DNA of 64,000 nt, from positions 13,725 through 77,724 of IMG/VR virus record IMGVR_UViG_3300042090_002000. The stretch is one strand, 5' to 3'. Shown one piece after another: positions 20,297 through 32,569 of the stretch; positions within the stretch are counted from its first letter, which is position 1, and every line of letters begins with the position of its first letter. The notes beneath the pieces were generated by a model. It made no database searches. It had not been told where the DNA came from and saw nothing but the letters and a program-made list of their open reading frames with translations. This DNA is from a virus. The position numbers and the translations under genes were made by a program.

Positions 20297-20977
20297 TGTT
20301 CATTTGCTCCGATGTGAATTTTTACTCTCAGCTACCAGCAATTCAAATGCCAAGCACATGATTTGTATCATCGAACGCAACGCGCGAGGATTCTACCCAT
20401 AACTGGCCCTGCCCGTCTACGGGCGTCACCTGAAAGTCTGTGCGCCCGAATGTAACGCGCACGTCCATGACTGTGACGCGCACGCGCAAAGTCTGAATGG
20501 TTAAGAGTCCCGTTTTGCCAATGTTAACGGCCATCTCACGTACGCTCACTATCGCACCGCCTTGGAGAATTTTTTGGGAACGCGAAACCCGAAAAGCGTA
20601 CGCGGCATAACTGGCCCATGCGCAATGTTGGCCAGCATGATAAACGGCAGGCCGGTAAAGACAAGCCCAAGGCATAGCGCCGCGCGGACTGTGAAACGCG
20701 GGCGCGCGATAGGCGCGGAAGGAATCGCTGATAGGGTTTCCGCTTCGTCCATCTCGCACGCGGCGCGGAACAAATCCAACGCGCGATTAGGTTCCGTTTG
20801 AATCAAGTCTATTGCGTGGCGAGTGATAAAATCCTTGCGCCGTTCCGTTCCCTTATAGGTGTCCATTAGATAAGCTCCAATCCTTTGAGTATGCAGAACA
20901 AAAACCAACTGATTGCCGCACCGATGAGAATGTATTCCATGTTGCTTGTGCTCCCTTGCGTTTCTTATTACTCTACC

Positions 20978-21021
20978 AGTATAAGTATGTGGCTAATGAA
21001 ACGCAATAGTACCAAGGTACT
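20978..21021 (-). promoter_or_regulatory. Early sigma70 promoter with an adjacent AGTAC-N4-GTACT box
   Basis: Minus strand: AGTACcttgGTACT-A-TTGCGT-17-TATACT. Confidence 0.75.
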
Positions 21022-22323
21022 GATTTTTAGCCTAACTTAGTCCGGCAAACTCTCGATTGCATCCCAGACGAGGGTAACAATCCCTTCCGCGTTGCTGGCC
21101 ACCCATCGCAGATGTTCGGCGCGGGCTTCCGCGTCTACTATGGCGTTTTGAATGGACACGCGCAAGGCGCGGGCGGGCGCGGATTCGTACTCTTTTTCTG
21201 TGACCGTCTGACACTGCCCGAAGGATTCATCCAATGCGTGCTTTAGATTCCACATACGGGACATATCATGCCGGGCGCATTTGATGGCCACTTCTAGCGC
21301 GCGGATAATCTGCTCGCCTTGCCTTGCTGATTTGATTCTAATGGGATTGCTCATTATCTTTTTCTCCCGATTTGATTTTACTCTCTGCTACCGGGCGCGC
21401 GTGCTAGACCGCTTGAAGATTCGATGTGTGAATTTGAACGGACCGATTCGTCCCATCCCACAAAACGCGGACATATACATACCATTGCGCGTATCCGCCG
21501 GTATCAATGGCCGTGACTGTCCCCCGTTTTTCAGGGTAGAGCGGATGACAAACTCGCGCACCTAGTTGGAATTTTCGCATCGTATTTTCCCTCTCTCTCT
21601 CTCTCTGGGCGGTCTTAAACCCGCTCCGCATAGTTGGCCGCTAGGTATTGGTAGGTTTCGGATTCGCGCATCTCATTGCAAATCGTTGACGAAAAATTGC
21701 ACGGGCCCAGACGGCAGAGCAGGCGGTACCCCCTGCTCCATTGTCCCCCGTGATAATCCATTAGAAAAACGGCCAATTCAGAGTAATTTTCCTTCCGAAT
21801 TTTTCGCATATCGTTTCCTTTCTTCGTGCGGTCCGCTTTCCAGTTGGTCCGCTCCGATTGCATTCAAAATGCGCGCTTCGAATTCAAACCGCATCCCGCC
21901 ACAGTTGGACAGGGTTAATACTTGACACATGGCGGGCCGGTATATTGGTTGCGCCCGCAGTATGGACAGATAGCTACCGCTTGCCGGGCTTGTTCGGCAC
22001 GTTTCGCGATCGCAGAGAAGAGGGTTTCCAATGCTTGATAGATTCGAATTTTCATGGTTTCATCTCCTCAGTGTCGGGCAGGTTGTGCCGTTGATAGGTT
22101 AAGCCAATGCGCTCCGCTTGTGGGGGCCGATTGCCATTAGCCCATATAACATCTGAGTTTCCGGCCCTATAGCCCGTCAAGTAATCGAAGGCATAAATGC
22201 CAACTACACCTACCGGGCCGGGTTCATACTTCCGCTCTCTATGGGCTTTGGCATCCGCATACCCCGCTTGCCATGCTGCGTTCATTTTTGTATCCTCTCA
22301 ATTGGCGTTCCTATTACTCTGCT

Positions 22324-22367
22324 AGTGTACGTTTGCCTGTAATGAATTGCAATAGTACTTTGGTACT
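22324..22367 (-). promoter_or_regulatory. Early sigma70 promoter with an adjacent AGTAC-N4-GTACT box (paralog of the 21.0-kb promoter)
   Basis: Minus strand: AGTACcaaaGTACT-A-TTGCAA-17-TACACT. About 65 bp is an imperfect repeat of the region near 20962-21027. Confidence 0.75.
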
Positions 22368-23045
22368 GATTTTCGATAGTACTCGCTGGCCCAGCGCATC
22401 GCGCGGTCCGCGTTCCATAGGGGATGCCGGGCGCGCTGGGAATGTCGCGCTATCGAAGCCACGCGCCGCGCCACAGTTGGGCACACAAGGTTAATCCTCA
22501 TGCCCGCACAGACAGAGTTAGTAGAGAGCACAGGACAGGTACAGCAGATAGGTTAGGGTAAAGGGATAGGTGAATGGGTTTGTGAGTGTGGCTAGGCTGC
22601 TATTCGCAGTGCGGGCCATTTGTGGCAGGTGTTGCGAGTCTGTGGGACAGACTACCGTGCGTTTGTCGCACGGCGGACCGATAGTGCGGACTCATACCGG
22701 TATCGGTGGGATGCGCCGTGGTGCGCACGACACCACATAGCTATAGACGGGTTTGCACTGCGATAGCAGGTGCGGCGTGTAATTTTTGCGTGGTGCGGCA
22801 TGATGCGGAGTTCCACACTTTTGTGTCTAAATGATACAAAATTGTGTCTTTTTTGCCTATGAAAATCCATATATTTCCGAAATCACCTATGATTTTTCAT
22901 ATATTCTATGGTTTTTCATAGATTGCGTGGTTTGCTAAGTCTTCTATCATCATGAAACTATTACAATTCTCTTTTTTGTCGTACTTTTGTGGGAATACAT
23001 CGGCACAAACTAATAGACTTAGCGTTTCATAAACAGAGGGGATTT

Positions 23046-23372
23046 ATGAGAGCGAAATGTTTGCACACCGTTGACCGCGTTCCCGATTCCAAGGGCGCGA
23101 TGATATGCCCGCAATGTCGGAGCATTTGGCGTAGACAGCGCCGCAATCAAAAGACAGGCTTTGCGGCGATATGGGATGCCCAGCACGGCCTGTGCGCGTT
23201 CTGCGGGCTTTTGTTGGCCGACAATCGCACCACGCATCGAGACCATAATCATGTGACCGGTGCAACGCGCGGGCTTGTGCATAGTGAATGTAATCAGATG
23301 ATTGGCAGGATTGAGAATGCTGTGGCGCAAGTCGGATGGGCTCGCATCAAGGCATACATCGGGCGCGCATAG
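23046..23372 (+). CDS. Endonuclease VII-like HNH nuclease
   Basis: QHGLCAFC...HRDHNHVTGATRGLVHSECN. Confidence 0.75.
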   Translation: MRAKCLHTVDRVPDSKGAMICPQCRSIWRRQRRNQKTGFAAIWDAQHGLCAFCGLLLADNRTTHRDHNHVTGATRGLVHSECNQMIGRIENAVAQVGWARIKAYIGRA

Positions 23373-24332
23373 ACTTTGCTCGCTGCTCCACCCAGCGCCC
23401 GCGTTGCGTGTTCGATGTGTACTGATTACAAAGCACTTAGTGATGGCTATTCGATTGCAGGGCGGAGTTTGGCAGGGAAATTGCAGGGGGTCCCTTGGGG
23501 TACTAGTACGGGATAAAAACGCCCCAAGGTCCCCGGGTGCCCAGCGTAGCTTGACTACACCCCCCTTACACATACACTTACAGTCGGTTACATTTTTTCC
23601 TTGACAATTTCCGCAGGGACCCGCATAATCCCACATGTTGCATGGGTCCCATCTGAAGGGTCCCATCTCGCACCGTAAGGAGCACGCACATGATCAGAAG
23701 ATTCTTGGATTGGCTGGAAACATGGGCATTCGATGAAGACAACATCTTCATTGGATGCGGGAAGATTTTATTGATTTGCACTATCGTGATTGCGATCATC
23801 GCTGTTCCGTTGGTCATTTGGGATGACAGTCGGCCCTCGTTCACTCTGCAGAAAAGGGAATGGTCCTGCACAGAGTCGCATGAAGAGTGGCGCGATGTTC
23901 CGATGGGCCGAACAGTGGTACCACAAGTCGTTTCGGTGTGTGACAACTATCGTCGAGTGAGGTGATCTATGCATATTGGGAGTAATCTCAACGCCCCGGC
24001 GCAAGTTTTGGCTGCGCGCTTGCAGGTTTTATATAACGATCAAAATAATGCCAAGCAGACTTTGATGGACCAAGAGAAGCGACTTGCAAAGATCAATGCC
24101 GAAATTGAGGGAACGAATCGAGCGATCAAAATTTTGAATGATGCGTCTCATCAGGAGAAACCATGAACGACGTGGCGGTGTTCAACGCGGAAGATGGCCT
24201 GTGGTATAAGCAAGGCACCAATTATGGTGGCGTGAAGGCGGCCACTTACCCCGACGCTGTCGAACAACTCTACGGCCATGCTCCGGTGATCCCACCGGTC
24301 AAGCGCGAGGCCCGGCGAAAGGAAGAGGCAGC

Positions 24333-24698
24333 ATGAAAGTTTATTACGCACACTGCATGGCGCTCTACAACACCCCGCAGGAACGCCGCGATCTGGAAAC
24401 ACTGGCGGCGATGGGCTTCGAGGTTGTCAACCCCAACTCTCCGTGGATCGAAGCGGAGATGGCGAAACTGACGCCGGACGCGCGCATGTTTTGGTTCGAG
24501 CGTTTCGCGGACGAGTGTGACGCTATCGCGTTTCGCGGTCTACCTTCGTCGGACAAGATTCCTTCTGGCGTCGCGACGGAAATTAATTGGTTCTACCGCC
24601 GCCAGAAACCAGTGATCGAATTGCCGTCGCTGGCGGGAGCGCGCGTCATGACTCTCGAAGATACGCGAATCTATTTGCGAGAGGTAGGACAGCGATGA
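24333..24698 (+). CDS. Nucleoside deoxyribosyltransferase-like Rossmann protein
   Basis: KVYYAH...GFEVVNP...CDAIAF...GVATEI. Confidence 0.45.
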   Translation: MKVYYAHCMALYNTPQERRDLETLAAMGFEVVNPNSPWIEAEMAKLTPDARMFWFERFADECDAIAFRGLPSSDKIPSGVATEINWFYRRQKPVIELPSLAGARVMTLEDTRIYLREVGQR

Positions 24699-26699
24699 CG
24701 CCGGAAGAAATTCAACGTAATCCTGATAGCGACGCCCTCATCTTCTGGCTCAAAGAGATCGCGTATCAACTCGCGGTTATGAATGAGCGAAATGCGCCGC
24801 CTGCGAACAATGTTGTCTGGCCCGGGACAACTACCTCAATGCAGCCCGGCGAGACTTTCGAAGTCAAAATTACTTCAGTGGGTACCGAAGAACCGATTCA
24901 CGACTGCCGCTGGCACACGTCGCCAGAACCTGTCGATGACCGATGTAGGGGTGTAGCATTCCGCCTTAACACGTCGGCGTATGAATTTCCCCCTTGTATT
25001 CACATGCCCATGGGTGGTAGAGTGCAATGCGCCGTCTGCTACAAGATGAAAGGGCACGCATGATTTTGTTTCTCCAGTCGGAAACGCTTTGGTCGATCCT
25101 CTGCAGCCCGGCGCATTGGATCGCGGAGATCGTGATTACCGTTCTCATTGACGGCGTGCTGCTGGGTTTATTCTGGCCAGTGGTTCGCAACTGCTGGCTG
25201 GTGTGGCGCGGACAGGATTGGGCCAAACGGGTACGTGCGACTGACGAACAGATGCTGTATAATTTTAAGAACAGTGCAGTCTCAACGCATTGCGACAAGC
25301 CGCGCGTGCATCTCGATACGTCGGTCGACATCTGCACCGGCTGCGGTGATGTGAAAGTTGCGCCCAGCCGAAAATCTATGGACACGTACGGAGCGAGAAA
25401 TGATTACTAAGCTGCTGGTTTACTTCTTTAGCAAGACTGAACCCATCGAGATCGTATCGACGCCGGACAAGAACATCGTCAATGCGTGCGAGCGTGGGTC
25501 GTTCTACACGGTGTTGTTCAGCAACGACGAGTCGTACGCATTTCCGATCCAGCACATCTACCGCATCAAGACATTTCGCGCAAAGAACTTTCCGCCGGTT
25601 CGTTCGTGACATCGGCGTTACTCATTGTTACAAAAGTGACTTTTCATTTCCAAGCATGCGCCGATTCCTGATGGAGTTGGCGGGAGCAAGCCAGTGAGCA
25701 GACTGCGCGAGTTATTTAATTGCGGGTGGTTCAAATCACAACCCCAAGGCATTGAGAAGCCCGCACCCACATTTGCCGATCTTCAGCAACACCTGAGCGT
25801 GAATCAGTACCTGCGCGATTCGCTGGCCGAAGCCAACGTCACCATCGCCCAGTTATCGTTTCTATTGTCCGCCGCTCCGATGATCGACATGTTCCCTTAC
25901 GATTGGACTGGACAAACGCGCATGGCTACGGTACAATCCCCCTTCGCGTACGTTCATCCCAAAACACTGGCTCCGTTCGTGCAGGGCAACCCGCCCAGCC
26001 GGTGGTACAGTTTCTCCGGGTCGCGGACGAAATGGATTCCCATGTCGAGCATGCCGGAGGGCCGGGTGATCTTCTCCCCGTCATCAATTCCGGGGGTAAC
26101 AGTCTGATGTGGCACGGACCACTTTTCGTGAGTAAGCGCCGCGATCCTGTGTTCTCTGCGGTGTTGAAATCGGATGTGGTGTTCGAGAACAACTACATCT
26201 ATGATGAGCGACAAGTGTTGATCGAGGCTATTGAGAAATGGCTGGCAACACCAGCGGAGCAATGGATTGTATGCGGCGATCAAAATATCGTATCGTGGTC
26301 GACGGTGAGTCATACTTTGTGACAGAGCGCCCCGGCTATTTGAAAGCGGATTTGGATGGATTCGGCGGCTGGACTTCCGTCTGGTCCGACACCGTTCCTA
26401 ATCTCATGCGACGCATTCGGCAGGCGCGACGAGGCGGACAATGATCATCCATAAGTACGGCACCGTGACCTTGCGGGAGGGATTACCGCCGCTGGTCGAG
26501 AACTGGAACGTCGAGCGCGAGCCGGAAGACCCGACCGACGCCACGGACGAACAGTTGCTGCTGGGCTTCGCTATCACATGGGCGAAAGAAAGATTTCAGG
26601 CTGCAGTCAACATGGCCGTTCTGGATGTATTCCGCCAGCGCGCGGCTAAGCAGGCCGCCGACAAAGCGGCTTCAAATCCGACAACGAAGGGGAATTAAA

Positions 26700-26942
26700 A
26701 TGGCATTCAAAACCGGCGATATAGTACAACTGAAAAGCGGCGGTCCGGCGATGACGGTTGAACAGGTCGTGAACAGAACCGTTGACGCAGTTTGGTTCTT
26801 CAAGGGTGAGCGTCGCAGAACAATGTTTCACGAAGACACACTGATGCGGCTGCCTTCGCTCAATGGCGGCCTTGTCCCTGCGGAGAGTGCCGACCTGTAC
26901 AAAAAGGCGCAGGAGCAGGCTGACCAACAGCCATCTTTCTAA
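26700..26942 (+). CDS. DUF2158/YodC-like protein
   Basis: FKTGDIVQLKSGGPAMTV...WF. Confidence 0.7.
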   Translation: MAFKTGDIVQLKSGGPAMTVEQVVNRTVDAVWFFKGERRRTMFHEDTLMRLPSLNGGLVPAESADLYKKAQEQADQQPSF

Positions 26943-27769
26943 TGAAATACATCGTGCGGCTCAACCCGAAGGCGATCAATCCGCTGACGCACAAACTCAC
27001 TTTGGCACGCCTTTGGGAAGTTGAGCAGTGCGAGAGTACAGGCCGCAGCGGACGGGTCGACAGCGAGAAAGTTATCTGGCACTGCGCGGACGTGAGGATC
27101 GACGACAAACCGATCCGCGAGTTGTTCACCTTGCCCGCGCCCGGCAGCACAGAGCCTTGGAAGGTTGAGTGTCACGGAATTGTAGTTCGAGGCCAAGACA
27201 ACGCGATTGAAATACACACGGGAGCCCACGATGCGAGCGGCAATTAAGCGATTAAAACTACGGATTCGAAAGTGGCCGAAGCGGTGTTTAGCACTGCTGG
27301 ACAAAGTGATTGTTATTCGATTGCCTAAACGACATGCCGATTTCGTTAAGGCCGCTGCACTGATTGATCGTATCTGCCCGAATGCGTCCCCTACGGAGAT
27401 CATGGTCACATGGCGCGATATAATGTTGCGGCGTGGGAAGTGCGGAAGTGATGAATTTCGGAAGTGATGAATTTCGGAAGGCTTTGGATACCTCGTGGGA
27501 TAACAGTTTGCAGGGGGATTGGTGGTATAAGCGTTTCGGACGTTCAATTCACAACGCGGGCGTGGCAGAGACCATCGCTGCGCATATGCAACACTTTCAA
27601 ACGGAAGAACAGATCGCGCAAGCCGAAAATCAATCGAGAGATCGAGTGCGAGGGTCTGCCGCGCGCGCCTTGTATTTTGAGATGCAGAAGGTTCCGGCGA
27701 ATATTCGTCCTCAAGTCATTCAAGGCGTTTTGGAAGAACTGGACCGGCGCAGTCAAACAGGAGCGTAAC

Positions 27770-28090
27770 ATGTTTGGGGCACTTGCACGGATGGCGAAAG
27801 CCGATATTCGTAAGGCGCGTGATGCCTACAACGGGTTGGGTATAGTGGCCTCATTCTTCTCGTTCTTGCAGGGCCGCGCCACAGCGTTCGCCATCATCTT
27901 CACGGTTTGTGGTCTGATTGGATTCTTCAAAAAGTACGATCTCACGTCGTATGCGCTGTTCGTTGGCGCAATTTTTACCGGCGTAGTCGGGCACAGTTTG
28001 AAGGAAGATTATTTTGAGTATCGGCATCGCGTTTTGGATTTGCAGCAAACCCCGCCAGCGCCAACACCGCCAGCGGCATCTGACAAGTGA
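27770..28090 (+). CDS. Small two-TM membrane protein (holin-like)
   Basis: Two hydrophobic helices. SD GGAG upstream. Confidence 0.4.
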   Translation: MFGALARMAKADIRKARDAYNGLGIVASFFSFLQGRATAFAIIFTVCGLIGFFKKYDLTSYALFVGAIFTGVVGHSLKEDYFEYRHRVLDLQQTPPAPTPPAASDK

Positions 28091-29070
28091 GGTGCTTTAT
28101 GAAGAGACTGTTCGGTCTGATGTTGGTGGCAGTACTGCTATTTCGGGCCGGATCGGTGACCGGAGTGATCGGTCAGACCGTGCCTGAAGTGAAAAAGATC
28201 ACGCATTTTCTCGCGTTTGATCTTGACAAGCAGGATTTTGCGCCATACGATAGTACGGAAGAGAAACAGATTTACGTGGTGACGCCGGAAGGTATTCAGC
28301 CGGGGGTTGTCGTCGGCGAGTCAGATGATAGCAAGGGTGTGTTGGTAGTATGGCCTGAACTGGCGACCAAAATATTGCACAAGGGTGCGCCGGATGATCC
28401 TCTCGCGACTCCTGCAGAACCAACAGAGCCGTTGAAACAAACGGAGAAGTAAATGACATTCGAGAACATCAATCGGTCGTGGGAAGCGCCAGTAGGATTC
28501 GAGTTTGATGGCGTGTGGCCATCTGGCGCTTTCTTGAAAGTTGTTTTCCGGCGGGTAGACGAATGCTCGCAGGTGACGCGGAAATTCTCCCTGATCGAAA
28601 TTTACATCAACGATATGGGGCGCGAAGTGTTCCGCACTGACCACACAGAAACGTACTATTCTGATCCGCCAGCACCGCCTGCTTGCGAGCCGGTTCGTTC
28701 GTGGTTTCGATTTAAGGCGGCATTCGAATTGGTCCTACTGGGCCTACAGGAGATGGGAAAATGTCTCAGCAAGTCCTAAGCCAAAAGATTGAACGCACCT
28801 GCGAAGGGTGCGGAGTGACAGTCGTATTCGAAATGGTCAACCCGACGGATGACGCAGTCACCGCCATGACCCGCTGGTACACCATCGTGCGGGAAATCGC
28901 GGATTCTGCGACCGGACGATTCCAGAAGCTGATGGTGCAAGCCTGCTCGCTGCCTTGCGTCAACGTCGCCGCACTAAAGTTGGAAGTGATTCCTTCGAAT
29001 GCCCCGGACGACATTGATTTGAGCGCGTTGCGGCAATCCAGCGATCCATCTGCGAACTAACGAGGAGACC

Positions 29071-30669
29071 ATGAGCAAACACACTCAGTACGGCGCGGAC
29101 GCGCGAGACGCGATCCTGCGTGGCGTGGATTTCCTTGTTGACGCTGTTGCATTGACTGAAGGGCCGCGTGGAAGAAATGTCATCATGGGGCAACGCGCGT
29201 TGGGTCAAACGCCGAAAGTTTCGCGCGACGGCGTGACCGTTGCGAACTATGTCGATCCGGTTGACCCCACTGAACAGATGGGCGCTGATCTGATCCGCGA
29301 GGCTTGCCAGAAAACCGACAACGTCGTTGGCGACGGCACGACCTGCACGGCTGTTCTTGCCCGCGCTATGATTCACGCTGGCTTTGATTTGATCACCAAG
29401 GGTGCGAACCCTTTGGCCATGGAGCGCGGCATTCATAAGGCCACGGCGCTTGTGATTGACCGGCTGCGCAAGATGGCTGTAGAAGTCTCCGGGGACAAAG
29501 TCTTTCAAGTTGCCACGGTGTCTGCGCACGGGGACACGGAGATCGGATGGCTTGTCGCGGAGGCTGTTGAGAAAGCGGGCAAGGATGGAATTGTGACGGC
29601 GGAACCATCCGTGACAGCGAAGACGTTTGTTGAGAACGCGCCCGGGCTGGAGTTGGAAAAATCGAATCTGCTTTCGCCGGTGTTCATCACGCACCCAGAG
29701 GAAATGAAAGCGGAGTTGCCGAATTGTCGCATCCTGTTGTGGGAAGGTGTGATCTCGTCTGCCAAGGCGGTTGTGCCGATCTTGTCGCAAGTCAAGGCCG
29801 ATAACACCCCGCTGCTGATCATTGCCGGAGGATACGAGGCCGAAGCATTGGCGTGCATCATCAAGAACAAGGCCGCGTTGGCGCTGCCAGTGAACGCAGT
29901 GCGCATGGAAGCCTACGGTGACCGGCGCAAGGAAGTGATGCGCGATATTGCCGCGCTAGTCGGCGGCACCGCGTACACGGAAGACATGGGAATGAAAATC
30001 GAAACGGTCGATCTGAAAAAGCTGGGTGTGGCGCGCAAGGTTGTCACCACCATGGCCAAAACGCAGATCATCGACGGCAAGGGCAGCCAAGTGGAATTGG
30101 CCGGGCGCATTGCCCATATCCGTACCGCTATCGAAGCGGCGGCTCCGGCGGAGCAACCCCCGCTGAAAACGCGACTGGCGGCGCTGCTGGGCGGCATCAC
30201 GATCATCAAAGTGGGCGGCACGACCGTCACGGAGATGGAAGAGAAGCGCGACCGTGTTGTCGATGCACTATCGGCGGCGAAGGCTGCGGTTGAGTCTGGC
30301 GTGGTCGCGGGCGGTGGCACTGCCATCTTCAATGCGGCATTTGGATTGAGTGAACGTACTCCACCCGTAGCGAGCGAAGAGGGACCCGGATTTTCTGTTG
30401 TGGCCAGCGCAGGGCGCGCGGTGGTCCGGCAGATCGCAGAGAACGCGGGCGTCAACGCGAACGAGATAATCGGTACTCTTTTATCAAGTCATGAGGGGCT
30501 GGGCTACAATGCGGTGACCGGAGAATTTGAAAATTTGGTTAACGCAGGAATTATCGATCCCGTGAAAGTTGTGATCGAAGCCCTGAAGAACGCGGCAGCG
30601 GTGGCTTGCAGCATCCTCACCATGGGAGCCACGGTGAGCGAAATTAAACAGGAGAAACAAAATGGATAG
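29071..30669 (+). CDS. groL: Chaperonin GroEL (divergent, phage-encoded)
   Basis: GPRGRNV, DGVTVA, GDGTT, GDRRK, RVVDAL, GVVAGGG, GIIDPVKV. No GGM tail. Confidence 0.95.
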   Translation: MSKHTQYGADARDAILRGVDFLVDAVALTEGPRGRNVIMGQRALGQTPKVSRDGVTVANYVDPVDPTEQMGADLIREACQKTDNVVGDGTTCTAVLARAMIHAGFDLITKGANPLAMERGIHKATALVIDRLRKMAVEVSGDKVFQVATVSAHGDTEIGWLVAEAVEKAGKDGIVTAEPSVTAKTFVENAPGLELEKSNLLSPVFITHPEEMKAELPNCRILLWEGVISSAKAVVPILSQVKADNTPLLIIAGGYEAEALACIIKNKAALALPVNAVRMEAYGDRRKEVMRDIAALVGGTAYTEDMGMKIETVDLKKLGVARKVVTTMAKTQIIDGKGSQVELAGRIAHIRTAIEAAAPAEQPPLKTRLAALLGGITIIKVGGTTVTEMEEKRDRVVDALSAAKAAVESGVVAGGGTAIFNAAFGLSERTPPVASEEGPGFSVVASAGRAVVRQIAENAGVNANEIIGTLLSSHEGLGYNAVTGEFENLVNAGIIDPVKVVIEALKNAAAVACSILTMGATVSEIKQEKQNG

Positions 30670-30860
30670 GCTAGGATTCGGCGACAATAAAATTCCAAAT
30701 GTTCGCCCCGGGCAGACTGTGTACTTCTGGTCAGTTTTATTGCCCAGCGGCGAAGAACTACAGATAGTAACGCAGCGGCCTATTCCAACTGATGTGTGCG
30801 ATGACATCAACTCCCGCGAAATCCTTGCGGCGCAAATATATCCCCGGAGGCTAGACGCCA

Positions 30861-31142
30861 ATGTCTAAGACTCGATTAGAACCAATGGGTGATTATTTAT
30901 TGGTGACGGACAATAAGAGAACCACCACTCTGGATGGGATCGAATTGCCGGACAACGTCAGGCAACAGGAGATGTGCTTTGGATTTGTGGTGGCAGTTGG
31001 CCCGCTTTGTGGTACACTAAAACAGCAGGATCGCATCTGCTACGGACCCTACGCGGGAAAGACGGTGGCACTCGATGGATTCGAATTTAGACTTTTGCGA
31101 GAAGGTCAAGTTGAAGGGCGGCTCATCACCGCAGACGAATAG
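30861..31142 (+). CDS. groS: Co-chaperonin GroES
   Basis: LEPMGDYLLV...TTLDGIELPD...GFVVAVGP...YAG. Confidence 0.9.
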   Translation: MSKTRLEPMGDYLLVTDNKRTTTLDGIELPDNVRQQEMCFGFVVAVGPLCGTLKQQDRICYGPYAGKTVALDGFEFRLLREGQVEGRLITADE

Positions 31143-31635
31143 GTGCGCCAATCCTTTGTGTTCTAATGGGGTGGTGCCAAATAAATATCACCCAACTAGG
31201 ACAAAATATTGCACGCCTGTTTGTCGCATGCAACATCGTAATAGAGTGTTTGGACAACAGGATCGAGAAAAATGGAAACGTGATCATCCAGAAAACTACA
31301 AGGCATCCATGAGTCGGCGCAAACAAAAAGAAAAAGATGATCCAGAAACCAAATTGGTTCGGTCTCGCGCAAATCGTGATAGTAAATGCAAAAAGGCGTA
31401 TGGAATTACGCTGGAACAAAAAGAACAGCGGATTGCGGCCCAAGATTTTCGATGTGCAAATCCGGGTTGTCGTTCCACTGATCCCCATGGAAAGGGTTGG
31501 GTTTCGGATCATTCGCACAAGACAGGAAAGTTGCGCGGTGAACTTTGCAACTGCTGTAATGTGGCGCTTGGGATGGTACACGATGATCTTGTAGTTCTAG
31601 ACGGGCTGATGAGGTATTTAAGATTTTATGAATAA
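31075..31635 (+). CDS. Endonuclease VII-like HNH nuclease (start uncertain)
   Basis: YGITLEQ...DHSHKTGKLRGELCNCCNVALG. Confidence 0.8.
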   Translation: MDSNLDFCEKVKLKGGSSPQTNRCANPLCSNGVVPNKYHPTRTKYCTPVCRMQHRNRVFGQQDREKWKRDHPENYKASMSRRKQKEKDDPETKLVRSRANRDSKCKKAYGITLEQKEQRIAAQDFRCANPGCRSTDPHGKGWVSDHSHKTGKLRGELCNCCNVALGMVHDDLVVLDGLMRYLRFYE

Positions 31636-32134
31636 CGAATTGAGACGAAAGCTAACTTTGGATGAAGTTATGGAGACGCCTGAATATCGCGCGCTCACAC
31701 CCAAACAACAGCTTTTTTGTGCAACTTATATTGCCGGAGGATTGGCCACGGGGGTTTATGATCGCCTCGACGCGACGCAGAAGGCGTACGTCTGCAAAGA
31801 CGCGGAATCGGTGCGCGTGATGTCCTACGCGATGATGGGAAACATCCGGGTGATCGAAGCGTTGAATAGGCATTTCAATACAGATCCAGTCGAAGAGTTT
31901 TTGCAAGAGGTGTCCCGCGCCATTCACAATCGTCGGCTCTCTATTGCGCAGGTGCAGGCCCTGAAGATCAAGGCTGACCTATTGGGATACGCCGCAAAGC
32001 TGCCCGGCGCGACGCCTAATGTTCCGTCCGCCAGCGCCATGATGGACGCGGCCAAGAATCCGCGCAAAGCCAAGAGCAAACCTTCCGCCCGCAAACCAAC
32101 CCCCGCCAAAATCAACCACGATTACGAATTTTAA
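31628..32134 (+). CDS. Terminase small subunit
   Basis: LTPKQQLFCATY...DATQKAY, the HTH pattern of TerS. Confidence 0.65.
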   Translation: MNNELRRKLTLDEVMETPEYRALTPKQQLFCATYIAGGLATGVYDRLDATQKAYVCKDAESVRVMSYAMMGNIRVIEALNRHFNTDPVEEFLQEVSRAIHNRRLSIAQVQALKIKADLLGYAAKLPGATPNVPSASAMMDAAKNPRKAKSKPSARKPTPAKINHDYEF

Positions 32135-32167
32135 GACTTTCCTTTTCTCAAATAGGGGAGTCTTGTT

Positions 32168-32569
32168 GTGAACACATCCCATCCATATTCTAAGAAAAAA
32201 GCGAAGTATGATAAACAGTGGCGACAAAATCATAAGCCTGAGCGGATTGCTTATCGAAAAGCGTATGATCCTCTTTGGCGCACCACTGCGGCTGGTCGCT
32301 GGTCTATTTTTAGAGCCCGCGCAAAACAGCGAAAGTTGCGAGTGGGTATATCTCTAGAAGAATTTCTAGGTCTTGCGCCCGATCCCTGTTTTTATTGTGG
32401 CAGAGACCGCAGCGATACATGGGGACTGGACCGGATTGATAGTGCTGGGGAATACACGCTGAATAATGTGCGTCCATGTTGTCGAACCTGCAACTTAGCA
32501 AAAAACGATATGACTGTGGAAGAGTTTAGAACATGGGCCACTGCTTTGGCAAGACACTGGAATTTATGA
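32168..32569 (+). CDS. HNH endonuclease
   Basis: CFYCG...GLDRIDSAGEYTLNNVRPCCRTCNLAK. Confidence 0.85.
   Translation: MNTSHPYSKKKAKYDKQWRQNHKPERIAYRKAYDPLWRTTAAGRWSIFRARAKQRKLRVGISLEEFLGLAPDPCFYCGRDRSDTWGLDRIDSAGEYTLNNVRPCCRTCNLAKNDMTVEEFRTWATALARHWNL

Noticed and set aside
25638-25657. Further copy of the late promoter motif (GACTT-N9-AAGCAT)
   Set aside because: The downstream element is degenerate, so it was not counted.
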